A DNA stretch of 64,000 nt from Bacteroidia bacterium (GTDB lineage: Bacteria > Bacteroidota > Bacteroidia > JADZBD01). The number at the start of each line of letters is the position of its first letter. Positions within the stretch are counted from its first letter, which is position 1. The stretch spans positions 77,955-141,954 of the forward strand of contig JAGVMA010000068.1 in assembly GCA_020054095.1 (NCBI GenBank). The letters run 5' to 3'. This document shows, one piece after another, positions 37,096 through 47,294 of the stretch. The notes beneath the pieces were generated by a model, which worked only from the letters and a program-made list of their open reading frames with translations, searched no databases and had not been told where the DNA came from. A program made the position numbers and the translations under genes.

Positions 37096-38379
37096 TTAAA
37101 CCACAGCTTTCAGATGGCGGATTAATGTTTGGGTTCTATCTGGCCCCACCGATACAAGTGAGATGGGTGTTTTCACTTCTTTCTCAATAAACTCAATGTA
37201 TGTGAAGAGTTCTTTTGGCAAATCGGTGAGTACGTTAATTTTTGTTAAATCGCTTTTCCAACCCTTTAGTTCTGTGTAAACGGGTGCTATTTCTTTAGTT
37301 ACAACATCATAAGGCAGGTAATCTAATTTTTTACCATCTACAATGTAGTGTGTGCAAATCTTTATGGTGTCTAATTCGCTTAGCACATCGGCTTTCATCA
37401 TCATTAGTTCGGTAACGCCATTTATCATTACTGCATATTTTAATGCCGGTAAATCAAGCCATCCGCATCTGCGTGGGCGACCGGTAACTGAGCCGAATTC
37501 ACGACCGTTATTTCTAATATTATCACCAATTGTATCGTGCAGCTCGGTAGGAAACGGGCCGCTGCCCACGCGTGTGCAATAGGCTTTAAATATGCCGTAA
37601 ACGCTTCCAATATTATTGGGTGCTAAGCCCAAGCCTGTGCAAGCTCCTGCGCATATTGTGTTTGATGATGTAACAAATGGGTATGAGCCAAAATCAATAT
37701 CGAGTAAGGAACCTTGTGCGCCTTCGCACAAAACAGCTTTACCATTTTTTATTGCATCGTTAATGTAATGCTCACTTTCAATATGCTGATATTTTTTCAG
37801 TTCTTCAATGGCTTTAAACCACTCGGGTTCCATTTCCGATAAATTGTATTCGTAATTAAATTGATGCAAAATATGTTTGTGCTTTTCAACCAGCGAATCG
37901 TATTTGGTTTTAAAGTTTGCAGCACTTATATCGCCAATGCGGATACCGTTTCGGCCGGTTTTATCCATATAAGTAGGGCCGATGCCTTTTAAGGTAGATC
38001 CAATTTTTTCTTTTCCTTTAGCTGTTTCTGAGGCAGCATCGAGCAAACGATGGGTGGGTAAAATTAAATGTGCTTTTTTTGAGAAAAGTAATTTAGCTTT
38101 CACATCCACTCCCATTTTAATAAGCGCTTCTATTTCGGCAATAAGCACCACAGGGTCAATAACCACACCGTTGCCAATAATGTTTACAGCTTTTTCGTGA
38201 AAAATACCCGATGGGATGGTGCGTAAAACGTGTTTTATTCCGTTAAACTCAAGTGTGTGCCCTGCATTCGGGCCGCCCTGAAAGCGGGCTATTATATCGT
38301 ATTTAGGAGTAAGAACGTCCACTATTTTCCCTTTTCCTTCATCGCCCCATTGCAGGCCCAATAATACATCAGCTTTCAT
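37096..38379 (-). CDS. purA: adenylosuccinate synthase
   Basis: The N-terminal GLQWGDEGKGK P-loop and GIGPTYMDK are present, and the length is 427 aa. Confidence 0.95.
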   Translation of the reverse strand: MKADVLLGLQWGDEGKGKIVDVLTPKYDIIARFQGGPNAGHTLEFNGIKHVLRTIPSGIFHEKAVNIIGNGVVIDPVVLIAEIEALIKMGVDVKAKLLFSKKAHLILPTHRLLDAASETAKGKEKIGSTLKGIGPTYMDKTGRNGIRIGDISAANFKTKYDSLVEKHKHILHQFNYEYNLSEMEPEWFKAIEELKKYQHIESEHYINDAIKNGKAVLCEGAQGSLLDIDFGSYPFVTSSNTICAGACTGLGLAPNNIGSVYGIFKAYCTRVGSGPFPTELHDTIGDNIRNNGREFGSVTGRPRRCGWLDLPALKYAVMINGVTELMMMKADVLSELDTIKICTHYIVDGKKLDYLPYDVVTKEIAPVYTELKGWKSDLTKINVLTDLPKELFTYIEFIEKEVKTPISLVSVGPDRTQTLIRHLKAVV

Positions 38380-38391
38380 CTGTATAATAAT

Positions 38392-38736
38392 TTATTTTAT
38401 TTTTTTTACTGCTTTTTCTAAATCATCAGTAACAGTAAAAATGGTATTTAACTTTGTAATGAGAAGTAATTCTTCTACTTTTTTGTTAACACTGCAAATT
38501 AAAATATCACCATCGGCTTTGCGTGCTTTTGTGAAAAGGGATAGTAGTACACTTAAGCCATTGCTGTTAATGTATTTTAGTTTCGAGAAATCAAATACAA
38601 ATTTTGTTTTGCCGGCAGCAATGTCTTTTTCACATTCGGCAATTAAATCTTTTGCTTGTGCTTTATCAATTAAATCGCCAAGCAGATGTTTAACCGGAAT
38701 TTCGTTTTTTTCTGATGATTTGTAACCAAATTTCAT
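38392..38736 (-). CDS. STAS domain protein (anti-sigma-factor antagonist-like)
   Basis: ATG at 38736 is preferred. YINSNGLSVLL aligns with the D-S-x-G-L phospho-Ser loop of SpoIIAA/RsbV. The length is 114 aa. Confidence 0.65.
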   Translation of the reverse strand: MKFGYKSSEKNEIPVKHLLGDLIDKAQAKDLIAECEKDIAAGKTKFVFDFSKLKYINSNGLSVLLSLFTKARKADGDILICSVNKKVEELLLITKLNTIFTVTDDLEKAVKKIK

Positions 38737-38743
38737 TTTAATT

Positions 38744-39223
38744 TTATTTAGCTTTTTTGTTGTATTCGCAAGTTCCGGCACTTGCAAGTTTATTACATTT
38801 TCCGTAAAAATTTAACGAGTGATGTGTAATACTGAATTTTAAAATATCACCGGCCATTTTTTGTATTTGCTGTATGCGTGGGTCGCAAAACTCGTAAACC
38901 TTTCCGCAATCGCTACAAATTAAATGGTCGTGTTGCTTGTACTCATAAGCTTTTTCAAACTGAGCCATGTTTTTACCAAACTGGTGCTTGGTTACCAAGT
39001 TACACATCAGTAAAAGCTCAATAGTATTATAAAGAGTAGCGCGACTAACGCGGTACTTTTTGTTTTTCATTATCACATACAGCGATTCAATATCAAAATG
39101 GCCGGCATTGGAATATATTTCCTCTAAAATAGCATAACGCTCAGGAGTTTTTCGGTGTGCGTGTTTTTCTAAATATTCGGTAAATATTTTTTTTACTTGC
39201 TCTTTTATGTTTTTTTCAGGCAT
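38744..39223 (-). CDS. fur: Fur family transcriptional regulator
   Basis: The region [11 protein letters not shown] matches a winged helix. The metal-site motifs [15 protein letters not shown] and [10 protein letters not shown] are present. Confidence 0.8.
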   Translation of the reverse strand: MPEKNIKEQVKKIFTEYLEKHAHRKTPERYAILEEIYSNAGHFDIESLYVIMKNKKYRVSRATLYNTIELLLMCNLVTKHQFGKNMAQFEKAYEYKQHDHLICSDCGKVYEFCDPRIQQIQKMAGDILKFSITHHSLNFYGKCNKLASAGTCEYNKKAK

Positions 39224-39395
39224 TTTGTTTGATTGAAAACAAGGAGCGTAAAAGTAGTGATTTTGTTGATAAGCAACTATTTGCGTTTTAATTCGTCTGT
39301 AGTTATTAACAATCTTTTTGTCGAAAAATGCTGATTTCCCATTTTTTTACATTGCTTTTTTATTAAATTTGGTTTAATATCTAAAATAAACAGAA

Positions 39396-39788
39396 ATGAA
39401 AAAAATAACAATACTATTTTGTTTTACATTCATTCACCTGCTTTTTGTTGCACACAAAAAAATACTTACTGCCGATATTGTAGTTGCACTGGAAGAATTA
39501 AATTCCAAAAACTACAATCAAGTTGCGCAGGTGCTAAACTCAGTAGGGGGTGTTAGAGTGAAATTCTACTGCGAAACCACTAACACCGCTGTTTTAACAG
39601 TAAACAGAGATGTGCAACCCAATGACCAAAACATTATTACTGCTCTTCAAACGATTAGTGGAAGTCCTAAATCAGTTCTGGTTTTACCTGTTTTGCCTGA
39701 GCAGGTGATTAATGATTGCTCAACAACTACGGTTACTTACCCCGATAATGGTGGGCTTGGCGAAACAGACAATAAAAAAAACGACTAA
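39396..39788 (+). CDS. hypothetical small secreted protein
   Basis: A signal peptide is present and the product is 130 aa. I recognised no motif. A TAAATTTG box lies at 39364-39371, 24 nt upstream. Confidence 0.45.
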   Translation: MKKITILFCFTFIHLLFVAHKKILTADIVVALEELNSKNYNQVAQVLNSVGGVRVKFYCETTNTAVLTVNRDVQPNDQNIITALQTISGSPKSVLVLPVLPEQVINDCSTTTVTYPDNGGLGETDNKKND

Positions 39789-39800
39789 CAACAAATCTGA

Positions 39801-42800
39801 ATGAATAAAAACTACTATTTATTATTCTTGTTATTTTTTACAATTGAAACTGTCGGGTTTGGTCAAACTACATTAGTTAGCCCCACAGGAGATGGCGGAT
39901 TTGAAACAGGCACCACATTTCCTTTAAACGGTTGGACACTTGCAAACAACGCAATTAACCAATGGAATATTGGTACTGCAACATTTAATTCGGGAGTGAG
40001 AGGCGCATACATATCTAACAATGCCGGTGTGTCAAATGCTTACACAATTACTACTACTCAGGTATCGCACTTTTACAGAAATATTACAATACCTGCCGGT
40101 GAAGATGCAATTGAAATTTCGTTTAAGTATAAAGGGGTAGGAGAAAATGGGTTTGATGATTTGCGTGTTTTTTTAGTTGCAACTACCACTACTCCCGTAG
40201 CCGGTACGGCACTTGCTACTGGCCTGCTGGGGACTTTTAGAGGAAATAACGGAACAAACTGGTATAATGGTAATGCAAATATTAACTGTTCTTCCTATGC
40301 AGGTACCACACAGCGCATTGTTTTTTCTTGGAGAAATGATAATTCTGTTGGCACTCAGCCACCACTTGCTGTTGATAATATTTCTATAGTTACAAGAAAT
40401 ACAAGCCCTGCCAATGATTTGCCATGTAGCGCACAAGCATTAACACTAAATGTGCCTGTGATTGGCGATAACCGCTGTGCCGGTAGCGCTTCTGAACCAG
40501 GTGCGGCAACTTGTTTTACAACCGGTAATTTAAACACAGTTTGGTATTCAATAATTTGCCCTGCATCCGGCCAATTAACTGTTCGAACTAATTTTACTAC
40601 AGCAGGATATGCGCTTTTTAACACACAGATTGCACTTTATTCCGGCACATGTGGTTCTTTAACACAAGCTGCTTGTAATGATAATGCCCCAGCTTGCGGA
40701 GGCGTTACTTATGTTAATTCACAAATAACAGCAACAGGTTTAACAAGTGGTAATACTTATTTCATTTGCGTAGATGGAGCCAATAATCTTGTGGGCGAAT
40801 TTTCAATTATAGTGGTGGATGGCTCGGTGGGATTGCCTGTTGTTCCGGGTCAAGATTGTTCAACATCATTTAGTGTTTGTAATGCTATTACTTCGGTAGG
40901 TAACCCAGGATATTTGGCGGTAGGAAACGTATGCGATTACGATGGAAGTGGAAATTGCACCGATGGCGAAACGGGATCGGTTTGGTACACTATTAATATT
41001 GCTAATAATGGCAATTTGAATTTTAATATTATTCCTAACGATTATAACGGAACAAGTTGCGCGGGCGAAACGGATTATGATTTTGTTTTGTGGAAAATTT
41101 CAGGCACCAGTTCTACTAATTGTGCGGCAATTCAAAGTACTGGAGGAGCAGGGGAGGTTAAGTGCAATTTCTCTACCGATGGTGTAACCGGCTTGTCAGC
41201 AACAGGAAATGCACCGGGTGGCTATCCTGCTTGCTTTGATAACGAATTCGAAACATCACAACCGGTAGTAGCCGGAGAAGTATATTTGTTAGTAGTTCAA
41301 AACTTCTCCAATAGCACTTCGGGTTTCACGTTAGATTTTAGCTCAACCACTGCCGGTGTTATTAATTATACTGCCCCCACAAGTGTTAACTGGACTGGTG
41401 GCAGTAATACTGTGTGGACAACAACTGCCAATTGGGGCGGCTGTGTGGCTCCATCATGCACAGTAGATGGAATTGTAACTACGGCATCATCTAACCAACC
41501 GGTTTTAACTACCGGCACTTATACCGTAAATAATTTAACCATAAACCCAGGAGCAAGTTTAACACTTAATGCAGGTGTAACGCTTCAAGTGTGCGGCAAC
41601 TTTACTAATAATGGTAATTTAATTGCATCGTCAACTTCAACTGTTGAGTTTGTGGGTACGGGTGTTCAAGTCGTTTCAGGTTCGTTTACAGGTGCTGATG
41701 CAATGGGAAATTTAACCGTAAATAAAACAAGTGGGTCGGTTCAGTTAAGTAACGATGTAACGGCTGCCGGTAATTTTTTAACATCAAATGCTACGAGTAT
41801 ATTCAATATTAATTCAAGAATATTATCTGTAGCCGGAAACTTCACTAATAATTCAGCAGGAACTACTTTTACGGGCGTAACTGGAAGCACATTGTCATTT
41901 ACCGGAGCAGCTAACCAAAATTATTCACCGGGTGGCGCACTCATTTTAAATAATGTAACAATTAATCAAAGCACGGCATCTACTGTAACCATTACAGGTT
42001 CAGATGATATGTTTATTGGAACATCGGGAGTGCTCACCTTAACATCGGGACAAATTATAACAGGAGCACTTGAAGTGGAAGTTACAAATACAGCTTCTGG
42101 TGCTGTAACTACGGGAAGTGCAATAAGTTTTGTGAGAGGTAATCTTCGCAGATTTTTAAATGGTGCTGCTACATCGTATGATTTTCCTGTGGGAACAGCT
42201 GCACAAGGATACCAGCGTGCTAATATCACATTTACAACCACTACTACTATTCCGAGTTTGGTTGCGTTTTTTAATGCATGGTCATCTGTTCCTAACGGAC
42301 CTACATCAAGCGAGTGCCTCACCGCTAACTACGCCATACTGCCAATGCTGAACAATGGCTATTGGACAATTAACGCATCTGCCAATCCTACTTCAGGAAA
42401 TTATAATGTTACATTATATAATTTAAACTATTCAAATACCGGAGGAGCATTAGGCTGGACGGTTTGTAAAGATGCAGGCACAGGTTGGGCGTTAAATGGT
42501 ACTTGCGTTATATCGAGTACAGTTACAGCAACTACTCGCACAGGTCTTAACGGATTTTCAAATTTTGGTACAGGTCAATCGCAATTTCCTTTACCAATTT
42601 CGTTGCTTTCTTTTACTGCTGTGCCTATAACTAATGCAGTGAAATTAAACTGGGTTACTGAGACCGAAACAAACAATGATTTCTTTACAATAGAGCGCTC
42701 AATTGACGGAGTAAGTTTTGAAATTGTTACTATTGTGGATGGTGCCGGAAACAGCAATCAGATTTTAGAATATAGTGCTTACGATGAAAGCCCATATAAA

Positions 42801-43157
42801 GGTGTATCGTATTATAGATTAAAACAAACCGACTATGATGGTACATCTTCTTACTCGCAAATAGAGGCAGTGAACTTTGGCGATAACTCATCACCGTTGC
42901 AATTAAATATACAGCCAAATCCTTCATCGCAAAATACGGTAACAAACATTGTAATTGGCGGTGCAGCAGGTAAAGATGTATTGGTAGTGGTTTACAATTC
43001 GGTAGGCGAAGAAATTTATTCTAAAATTACAATTACCGGTACCAATGGTGATGCAATTGTAGCTATTGATAATACAGCCAAACTCTCGGCTGGTGTTTAT
43101 ATTATATCTGCCTCGTCTAAAAACGAAATTGTAAGAAAAAAATTAGTTATTCAATAG
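39801..43157 (+). CDS. T9SS type A sorting domain (Por_Secre_tail) giant secreted protein
   Basis: A signal peptide is present, and Cys-rich modules appear in the N-terminal region. The C-terminal ~85 aa (LQLNIQPNPSSQ...VVVYNSVGEEIYS...LSAGVYIISASSKNEIVRKKLVIQ) form a type A CTD. Confidence 0.8.
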   Translation: MNKNYYLLFLLFFTIETVGFGQTTLVSPTGDGGFETGTTFPLNGWTLANNAINQWNIGTATFNSGVRGAYISNNAGVSNAYTITTTQVSHFYRNITIPAGEDAIEISFKYKGVGENGFDDLRVFLVATTTTPVAGTALATGLLGTFRGNNGTNWYNGNANINCSSYAGTTQRIVFSWRNDNSVGTQPPLAVDNISIVTRNTSPANDLPCSAQALTLNVPVIGDNRCAGSASEPGAATCFTTGNLNTVWYSIICPASGQLTVRTNFTTAGYALFNTQIALYSGTCGSLTQAACNDNAPACGGVTYVNSQITATGLTSGNTYFICVDGANNLVGEFSIIVVDGSVGLPVVPGQDCSTSFSVCNAITSVGNPGYLAVGNVCDYDGSGNCTDGETGSVWYTINIANNGNLNFNIIPNDYNGTSCAGETDYDFVLWKISGTSSTNCAAIQSTGGAGEVKCNFSTDGVTGLSATGNAPGGYPACFDNEFETSQPVVAGEVYLLVVQNFSNSTSGFTLDFSSTTAGVINYTAPTSVNWTGGSNTVWTTTANWGGCVAPSCTVDGIVTTASSNQPVLTTGTYTVNNLTINPGASLTLNAGVTLQVCGNFTNNGNLIASSTSTVEFVGTGVQVVSGSFTGADAMGNLTVNKTSGSVQLSNDVTAAGNFLTSNATSIFNINSRILSVAGNFTNNSAGTTFTGVTGSTLSFTGAANQNYSPGGALILNNVTINQSTASTVTITGSDDMFIGTSGVLTLTSGQIITGALEVEVTNTASGAVTTGSAISFVRGNLRRFLNGAATSYDFPVGTAAQGYQRANITFTTTTTIPSLVAFFNAWSSVPNGPTSSECLTANYAILPMLNNGYWTINASANPTSGNYNVTLYNLNYSNTGGALGWTVCKDAGTGWALNGTCVISSTVTATTRTGLNGFSNFGTGQSQFPLPISLLSFTAVPITNAVKLNWVTETETNNDFFTIERSIDGVSFEIVTIVDGAGNSNQILEYSAYDESPYKGVSYYRLKQTDYDGTSSYSQIEAVNFGDNSSPLQLNIQPNPSSQNTVTNIVIGGAAGKDVLVVVYNSVGEEIYSKITITGTNGDAIVAIDNTAKLSAGVYIISASSKNEIVRKKLVIQ

Positions 43158-43167
43158 CCGATTCCGA

Positions 43168-44343
43168 TTACTGATTACGTTTTGTTGGCTGCCAAATACT
43201 GCTTTTTACGCCTGTTGAGTACTTTATAATTCCTATCAGGAGAGCTACATTCATTGTAATAAAATGTTTGCAAAATCGAATAGGGCTGAAATGAACAGTT
43301 CCCCATCTTAAAAATACATCGAGCAATGGCGAGATAATAATAAGTGTACCGATTATTAAAAAACAAAAATACAATACATGGTAAGATGCCAACCACCAGC
43401 AACTTGCGTATGCTACTATGATAAGCAGCGGCCCAATCCAGCGCAGTACTTTGTGAGATAAAAAACTAAAACCCAATTTAGAAAACGGATTTAATAAATG
43501 CCTGAAAGCGACTAAATTTTGAATGCTGCCCGTTGCAATTCGTACCTTCCGCCTAAACTCATCGGCAGCATTGTTCGAAACATCTTCATATACTTTCGCA
43601 TTTTTTTCGTTTATACAAATTCCGCTTTGCTCAAGAGCTTTCATGTTGATATAAAAATCATCAACCAAAAAATGCTCGGGTACTTTTTGAAAATAAGATT
43701 TACGCAATGCGTAGCAGCCGCCAAAAGGGCCCATCATATTTCCCCACAATTTGCTTTCAGCATTTTTGATTACAACTTCAGCTTGTATATACGTTTTTTC
43801 CTGAACAGATATGCCGTCTTTTTTCAGTCCGGTATTTATCATATTGCTGTCAACCAATGCAATTTTTTCGTTTTTAAAGTGCTTAACAAGTTGTGTAATT
43901 GTATCGTTATCAAAAATCACATTTGCATCAGTAATTATTAAAATTCGATGTTGCGCTTTTTCAGCTAGGCAGTTAATGATGGCTACTTTTCCGGTACGCG
44001 AATTAAATTCGGTGAGTTTTATAAGTGAATGTTCTGTGGCAATGCGTTTTACTATCTCGTTTGTTCGGTCGGTTGAATTGTCTGAGCCAATTAGTATTTC
44101 TATTTTTTCTTTCGGGTAATTGTTTTTTAAAATGCTATTTATTTTTTCTTCAACCACAGTTTCTTCGTTGTATGCAGCCATTAAAATACTTACGCAAGGC
44201 AGTTCATCAATTGTTTCGTAAATTATTTTGTTTTCGGGTTTGCCCCAAGCAAGCAGCCGTATAATGAGCGGGTAAAAAAAATAAGTTTGTAACAATAAAA
44301 TTATTGCAAACCAGAATGATATAACGGCAAGTAAATAAATCAA
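43168..44343 (-). CDS. family 2 glycosyltransferase, membrane-embedded (processive-type layout)
   Basis: An N-terminal TM helix precedes VSILMAAYNEE, the DxD motif in ITDAN and C-terminal TM helices. The gene overlaps the stop of the LptF/G gene by 4 nt. Confidence 0.7.
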   Translation of the reverse strand: MIYLLAVISFWFAIILLLQTYFFYPLIIRLLAWGKPENKIIYETIDELPCVSILMAAYNEETVVEEKINSILKNNYPKEKIEILIGSDNSTDRTNEIVKRIATEHSLIKLTEFNSRTGKVAIINCLAEKAQHRILIITDANVIFDNDTITQLVKHFKNEKIALVDSNMINTGLKKDGISVQEKTYIQAEVVIKNAESKLWGNMMGPFGGCYALRKSYFQKVPEHFLVDDFYINMKALEQSGICINEKNAKVYEDVSNNAADEFRRKVRIATGSIQNLVAFRHLLNPFSKLGFSFLSHKVLRWIGPLLIIVAYASCWWLASYHVLYFCFLIIGTLIIISPLLDVFLRWGTVHFSPIRFCKHFITMNVALLIGIIKYSTGVKSSIWQPTKRNQ

Positions 44344-45833
44344 ATAGATTTAGATTTTTTAATGAATACTTTTTTTATTGGTTGCAAATAAGCGTCTAAG
44401 TCGAACAGTGCCGAGTCGGCAGTAGCTTTTCTGGTGAGGTAAACACCAAGCGGTAACAAAAGTGCAGTAGAAATCCACATGCCGATGTATGCCGGAAAAA
44501 CGCCTTCTTTTGTAGCTTTCTCGCCTGAAATAGAAATTACCCAATACACTATAAAAAATATTACCGATACAACAACTGGCATTCCCAGTCCGCCTTTGCG
44601 TATAATAGCACCAAGCGGTGCGCCAATAAAAAACAATACTAAACATGCCATGGATAATGTGAATTTTTTATGCCACACTATATCTAATTGTTTTAATGGA
44701 TTGTGTATGTTTTCCATGTCTTTAATGCATCGCTGCGTTTCTTCTTTAGCCGACCGTGCTATGTTTAGTGCAGCATCTACCAATGCAGCTTTTGATACAA
44801 TGCTTTTTGTATCTGTTTCTTTTCTAGCTGTATCATTAGTGTTAAGTAGTTTGCCAAAACCCCTTACCAATTTAATTGGATTGGTATTTAACTCAGGTTG
44901 ATTAATTACAGCATCTTTTTTCGCATTTCGCATGTACGATTGTTTGCTGAAAAAACGCTGGTTCATTGTTTTTTTATAGGAAACAATTTGCGAATCGCGG
45001 TCAGCAATGAGCGAATCTTTTTCATCGTTTATTTGGTTAAGATTCAGCATTTCATAATTGGAGCGGAATAAGTCTTCATCGGTACGTTTAAACGCGAAAT
45101 CGGTTAAATTTATTTTTATTTTTTTTTCTTTAAATGTGGTGCGTATAAGCGGATGATTTTCTTTATTAGGCACATTCATTAATTCATCATACGAACTGCC
45201 ATTTTCAAGCGAAATAACAAACCAGTTTTTATCTTCTGAAATTTGCATGTTGCCTTTTTCGGCAATAACCACGCGTGTATTTCCCATCCCTTGCGAGTGG
45301 TCGTATATCATCACTCCATGTAAAGTTTGTCCATCGGCATCTTTTTTCTCAACCCTAATTACAAATTTTGCAATGCCATTGTAAAATGCACCTTCTTTTA
45401 TTTGTATAGCAGGTTTCTGATGCATTACATCAAAAATTAACGAGTGCATTTTTAAATTAGCATAAGGCAAAATATTATTTGAAAATAAAAATGCCGATAC
45501 CGATAAAAAGCAAATAAAATATAGCATAGGGCGCATTATTTTGTATAATGATAAACCGGCAGATTTTAGTGCAACTAACTCGTAATGCTCGCCCAAATTG
45601 CCAAACGCCATGATGGATGAGAGTAATATAGCAAGCGGCAATGCAAGCGGAACAATGGTAAGCGAAACATAAAAGAATAACTCGGCTAATACGTTAAACT
45701 CTAGACCTTTGCCTATTAAATCTTCCAAATATTTCCATAAAAATTGCATTATTAAAACAAGCATGGAGATGAAAAACGTAACTACAAACGGAGGCAGGTA
45801 GGATAAAATAATGTATTTGTTAAGCGTACGCAT
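44340..45833 (-). CDS. LptF/LptG family permease
   Basis: LNKYIILSYLPPFVVTFF is the typical YjgP/YjgQ opening. Six TM helices surround a large periplasmic loop. Confidence 0.75.
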   Translation of the reverse strand: MRTLNKYIILSYLPPFVVTFFISMLVLIMQFLWKYLEDLIGKGLEFNVLAELFFYVSLTIVPLALPLAILLSSIMAFGNLGEHYELVALKSAGLSLYKIMRPMLYFICFLSVSAFLFSNNILPYANLKMHSLIFDVMHQKPAIQIKEGAFYNGIAKFVIRVEKKDADGQTLHGVMIYDHSQGMGNTRVVIAEKGNMQISEDKNWFVISLENGSSYDELMNVPNKENHPLIRTTFKEKKIKINLTDFAFKRTDEDLFRSNYEMLNLNQINDEKDSLIADRDSQIVSYKKTMNQRFFSKQSYMRNAKKDAVINQPELNTNPIKLVRGFGKLLNTNDTARKETDTKSIVSKAALVDAALNIARSAKEETQRCIKDMENIHNPLKQLDIVWHKKFTLSMACLVLFFIGAPLGAIIRKGGLGMPVVVSVIFFIVYWVISISGEKATKEGVFPAYIGMWISTALLLPLGVYLTRKATADSALFDLDAYLQPIKKVFIKKSKSI

Positions 45834-45899
45834 TGATGCACAAATTTAACCATAAAAATTTAGCGATACACACACGTAAATTGCTGTTATATTTGGGTC

Positions 45900-46649
45900 G
45901 TGATAAACGGAAAAAAATTAGTGGTTGTTTTGCCTGCGTACAATGCATCGCTCACACTTGCAAAAACCTATGCCGAAATTCCATTTGATATTGTAGACGA
46001 AGTAGTTTTGGTAGATGACCAAAGCAAAGACAATACGCTTAAAGTGGCTGCCGAAATTGGTATTAAACACATTATTCAACACGAAAAAAATAAAGGTTAT
46101 GGTGGTAATCAAAAATCGTGTTACGATAAAGCACTTAGCTTAGGTGCCGATATAGTGGTGATGCTCCACCCCGATTACCAATACACGCCAAAGCTTATAC
46201 ACAGTATGGCTTATATTATTGCCAATGATTTATATCCTTGCGTTTTAGGTTCGCGCATATTGGGCAATGGTGCGTTAAAAGGTGGTATGCCGTTATACAA
46301 ATATGTTTTCAATAGATTTTTAACGCTGTCGCAAAATATTTTAGTGAACCAAAAATTATCAGAGTACCACACAGGCTACCGTGCTTTTTCGCGAGCTATA
46401 TTGGAAAAAATAAATTACCATGCTAATTCCGATGATTTTGTTTTTGACAACCAAATGCTATCGCAAATAATTTTTGCCGGCTATAACATTGCTGAAGTAA
46501 CTTGCCCCACTAAGTATTTCCCCGAAGCATCGTCCATTAACTTTTCGCGAAGCATGAAATATGGTATTGGCTGCCTTAGCGTATCGCTTAAGCATCGGTT
46601 TAATAAATGGGGCTTATTGAAAAGCGAAATTTATCGTGCGAAAAATTAA
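45900..46649 (+). CDS. family 2 glycosyltransferase (polyprenol-phosphate glycosyltransferase-like)
   Basis: The start codon is GTG. VVVLPAYNASLTL and VVLVDDQSKDNT are the GT2 signature motifs. The product is 249 aa and soluble. Confidence 0.7.
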   Translation: MINGKKLVVVLPAYNASLTLAKTYAEIPFDIVDEVVLVDDQSKDNTLKVAAEIGIKHIIQHEKNKGYGGNQKSCYDKALSLGADIVVMLHPDYQYTPKLIHSMAYIIANDLYPCVLGSRILGNGALKGGMPLYKYVFNRFLTLSQNILVNQKLSEYHTGYRAFSRAILEKINYHANSDDFVFDNQMLSQIIFAGYNIAEVTCPTKYFPEASSINFSRSMKYGIGCLSVSLKHRFNKWGLLKSEIYRAKN

Positions 46650-46654
46650 TGCGC

Positions 46655-47293
46655 TTATCTGTTCAGCAAACTTTTCTCAAGCTTAACTGAATTTTTGTTT
46701 TCAAAAAATTTTAAAAATAATAAGCAGCAGGTTACGGCAATTATTGAACCTGCATACACATCGTTAAAAAAATGCTGATTAAGATAAATGCGTGAAATGC
46801 CGGCCGATAGTGCAATCAAAAAAAATAAAAATTTTATTAGTTCATTATCGCTAAATGCAGCAAGGCATAAATAACTTGCAAAAGCGCAAGTACTGTGCCC
46901 CGATGGAAATGTGTTGTGGTATAACTGCTCCACACCGGGCACGAAATTAAGTACCGTGCTATCAGTAAAATAATTTGCAGGGCGCACGTAATCGTTAAAA
47001 TAGGTATGCTTAAGTAATTGTGTGATTGCTGCTGCGCTTATATTACTTAGTGCAAATAATAGTGCCCAACGGTATTTTATAAAAAACAATGCAATGCCTA
47101 TTCCCAAAGCGGTGAAGCCATCGCCCAAGTATGTTGCATAATAAAAAAAACGATCGGCAGAGGTGCTGTGGTAATTGTTAAATAACAAGTGCAATTGCGC
47201 TTTATCATAATTAATAAATAGCGATGCACCGCAAAGTACAAATAGAAAATAGGGAATAAAAAATGAAGCGTTTTTTCGTAAAAGATATACCAC
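46655..47293 (-). CDS. PAP2 family phosphatase
   Basis: The start codon is GTG, 1 nt after the upstream stop. The product is multi-TM and carries the PAP2 motifs K....RP (LKHTYFNDYVRP), PSGHS and SRIYLNQHFFNDV. Confidence 0.8.
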   Translation of the reverse strand: MVYLLRKNASFFIPYFLFVLCGASLFINYDKAQLHLLFNNYHSTSADRFFYYATYLGDGFTALGIGIALFFIKYRWALLFALSNISAAAITQLLKHTYFNDYVRPANYFTDSTVLNFVPGVEQLYHNTFPSGHSTCAFASYLCLAAFSDNELIKFLFFLIALSAGISRIYLNQHFFNDVYAGSIIAVTCCLLFLKFFENKNSVKLEKSLLNR

Positions 47294-47294
47294 G

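Noticed and set aside
39224-39395. Search for a Fur box between fur and the divergent secreted-protein gene (for example TGATAAGCAACTATT around 39272-39286).
   Set aside because: It shows only a weak partial resemblance to the GATAATGATAATCATTATC consensus and is not palindromic, so it is not reportable as a site.
45888-45902. TATATTTG box only 4 nt before the GTG start of the soluble GT2 gene, considered as a sixth leaderless case.
   Set aside because: The spacing is too short for the GTG to be included in the transcript, and there is no -33 element. Either the box is fortuitous or the real start is elsewhere. It is left out of the leaderless set.
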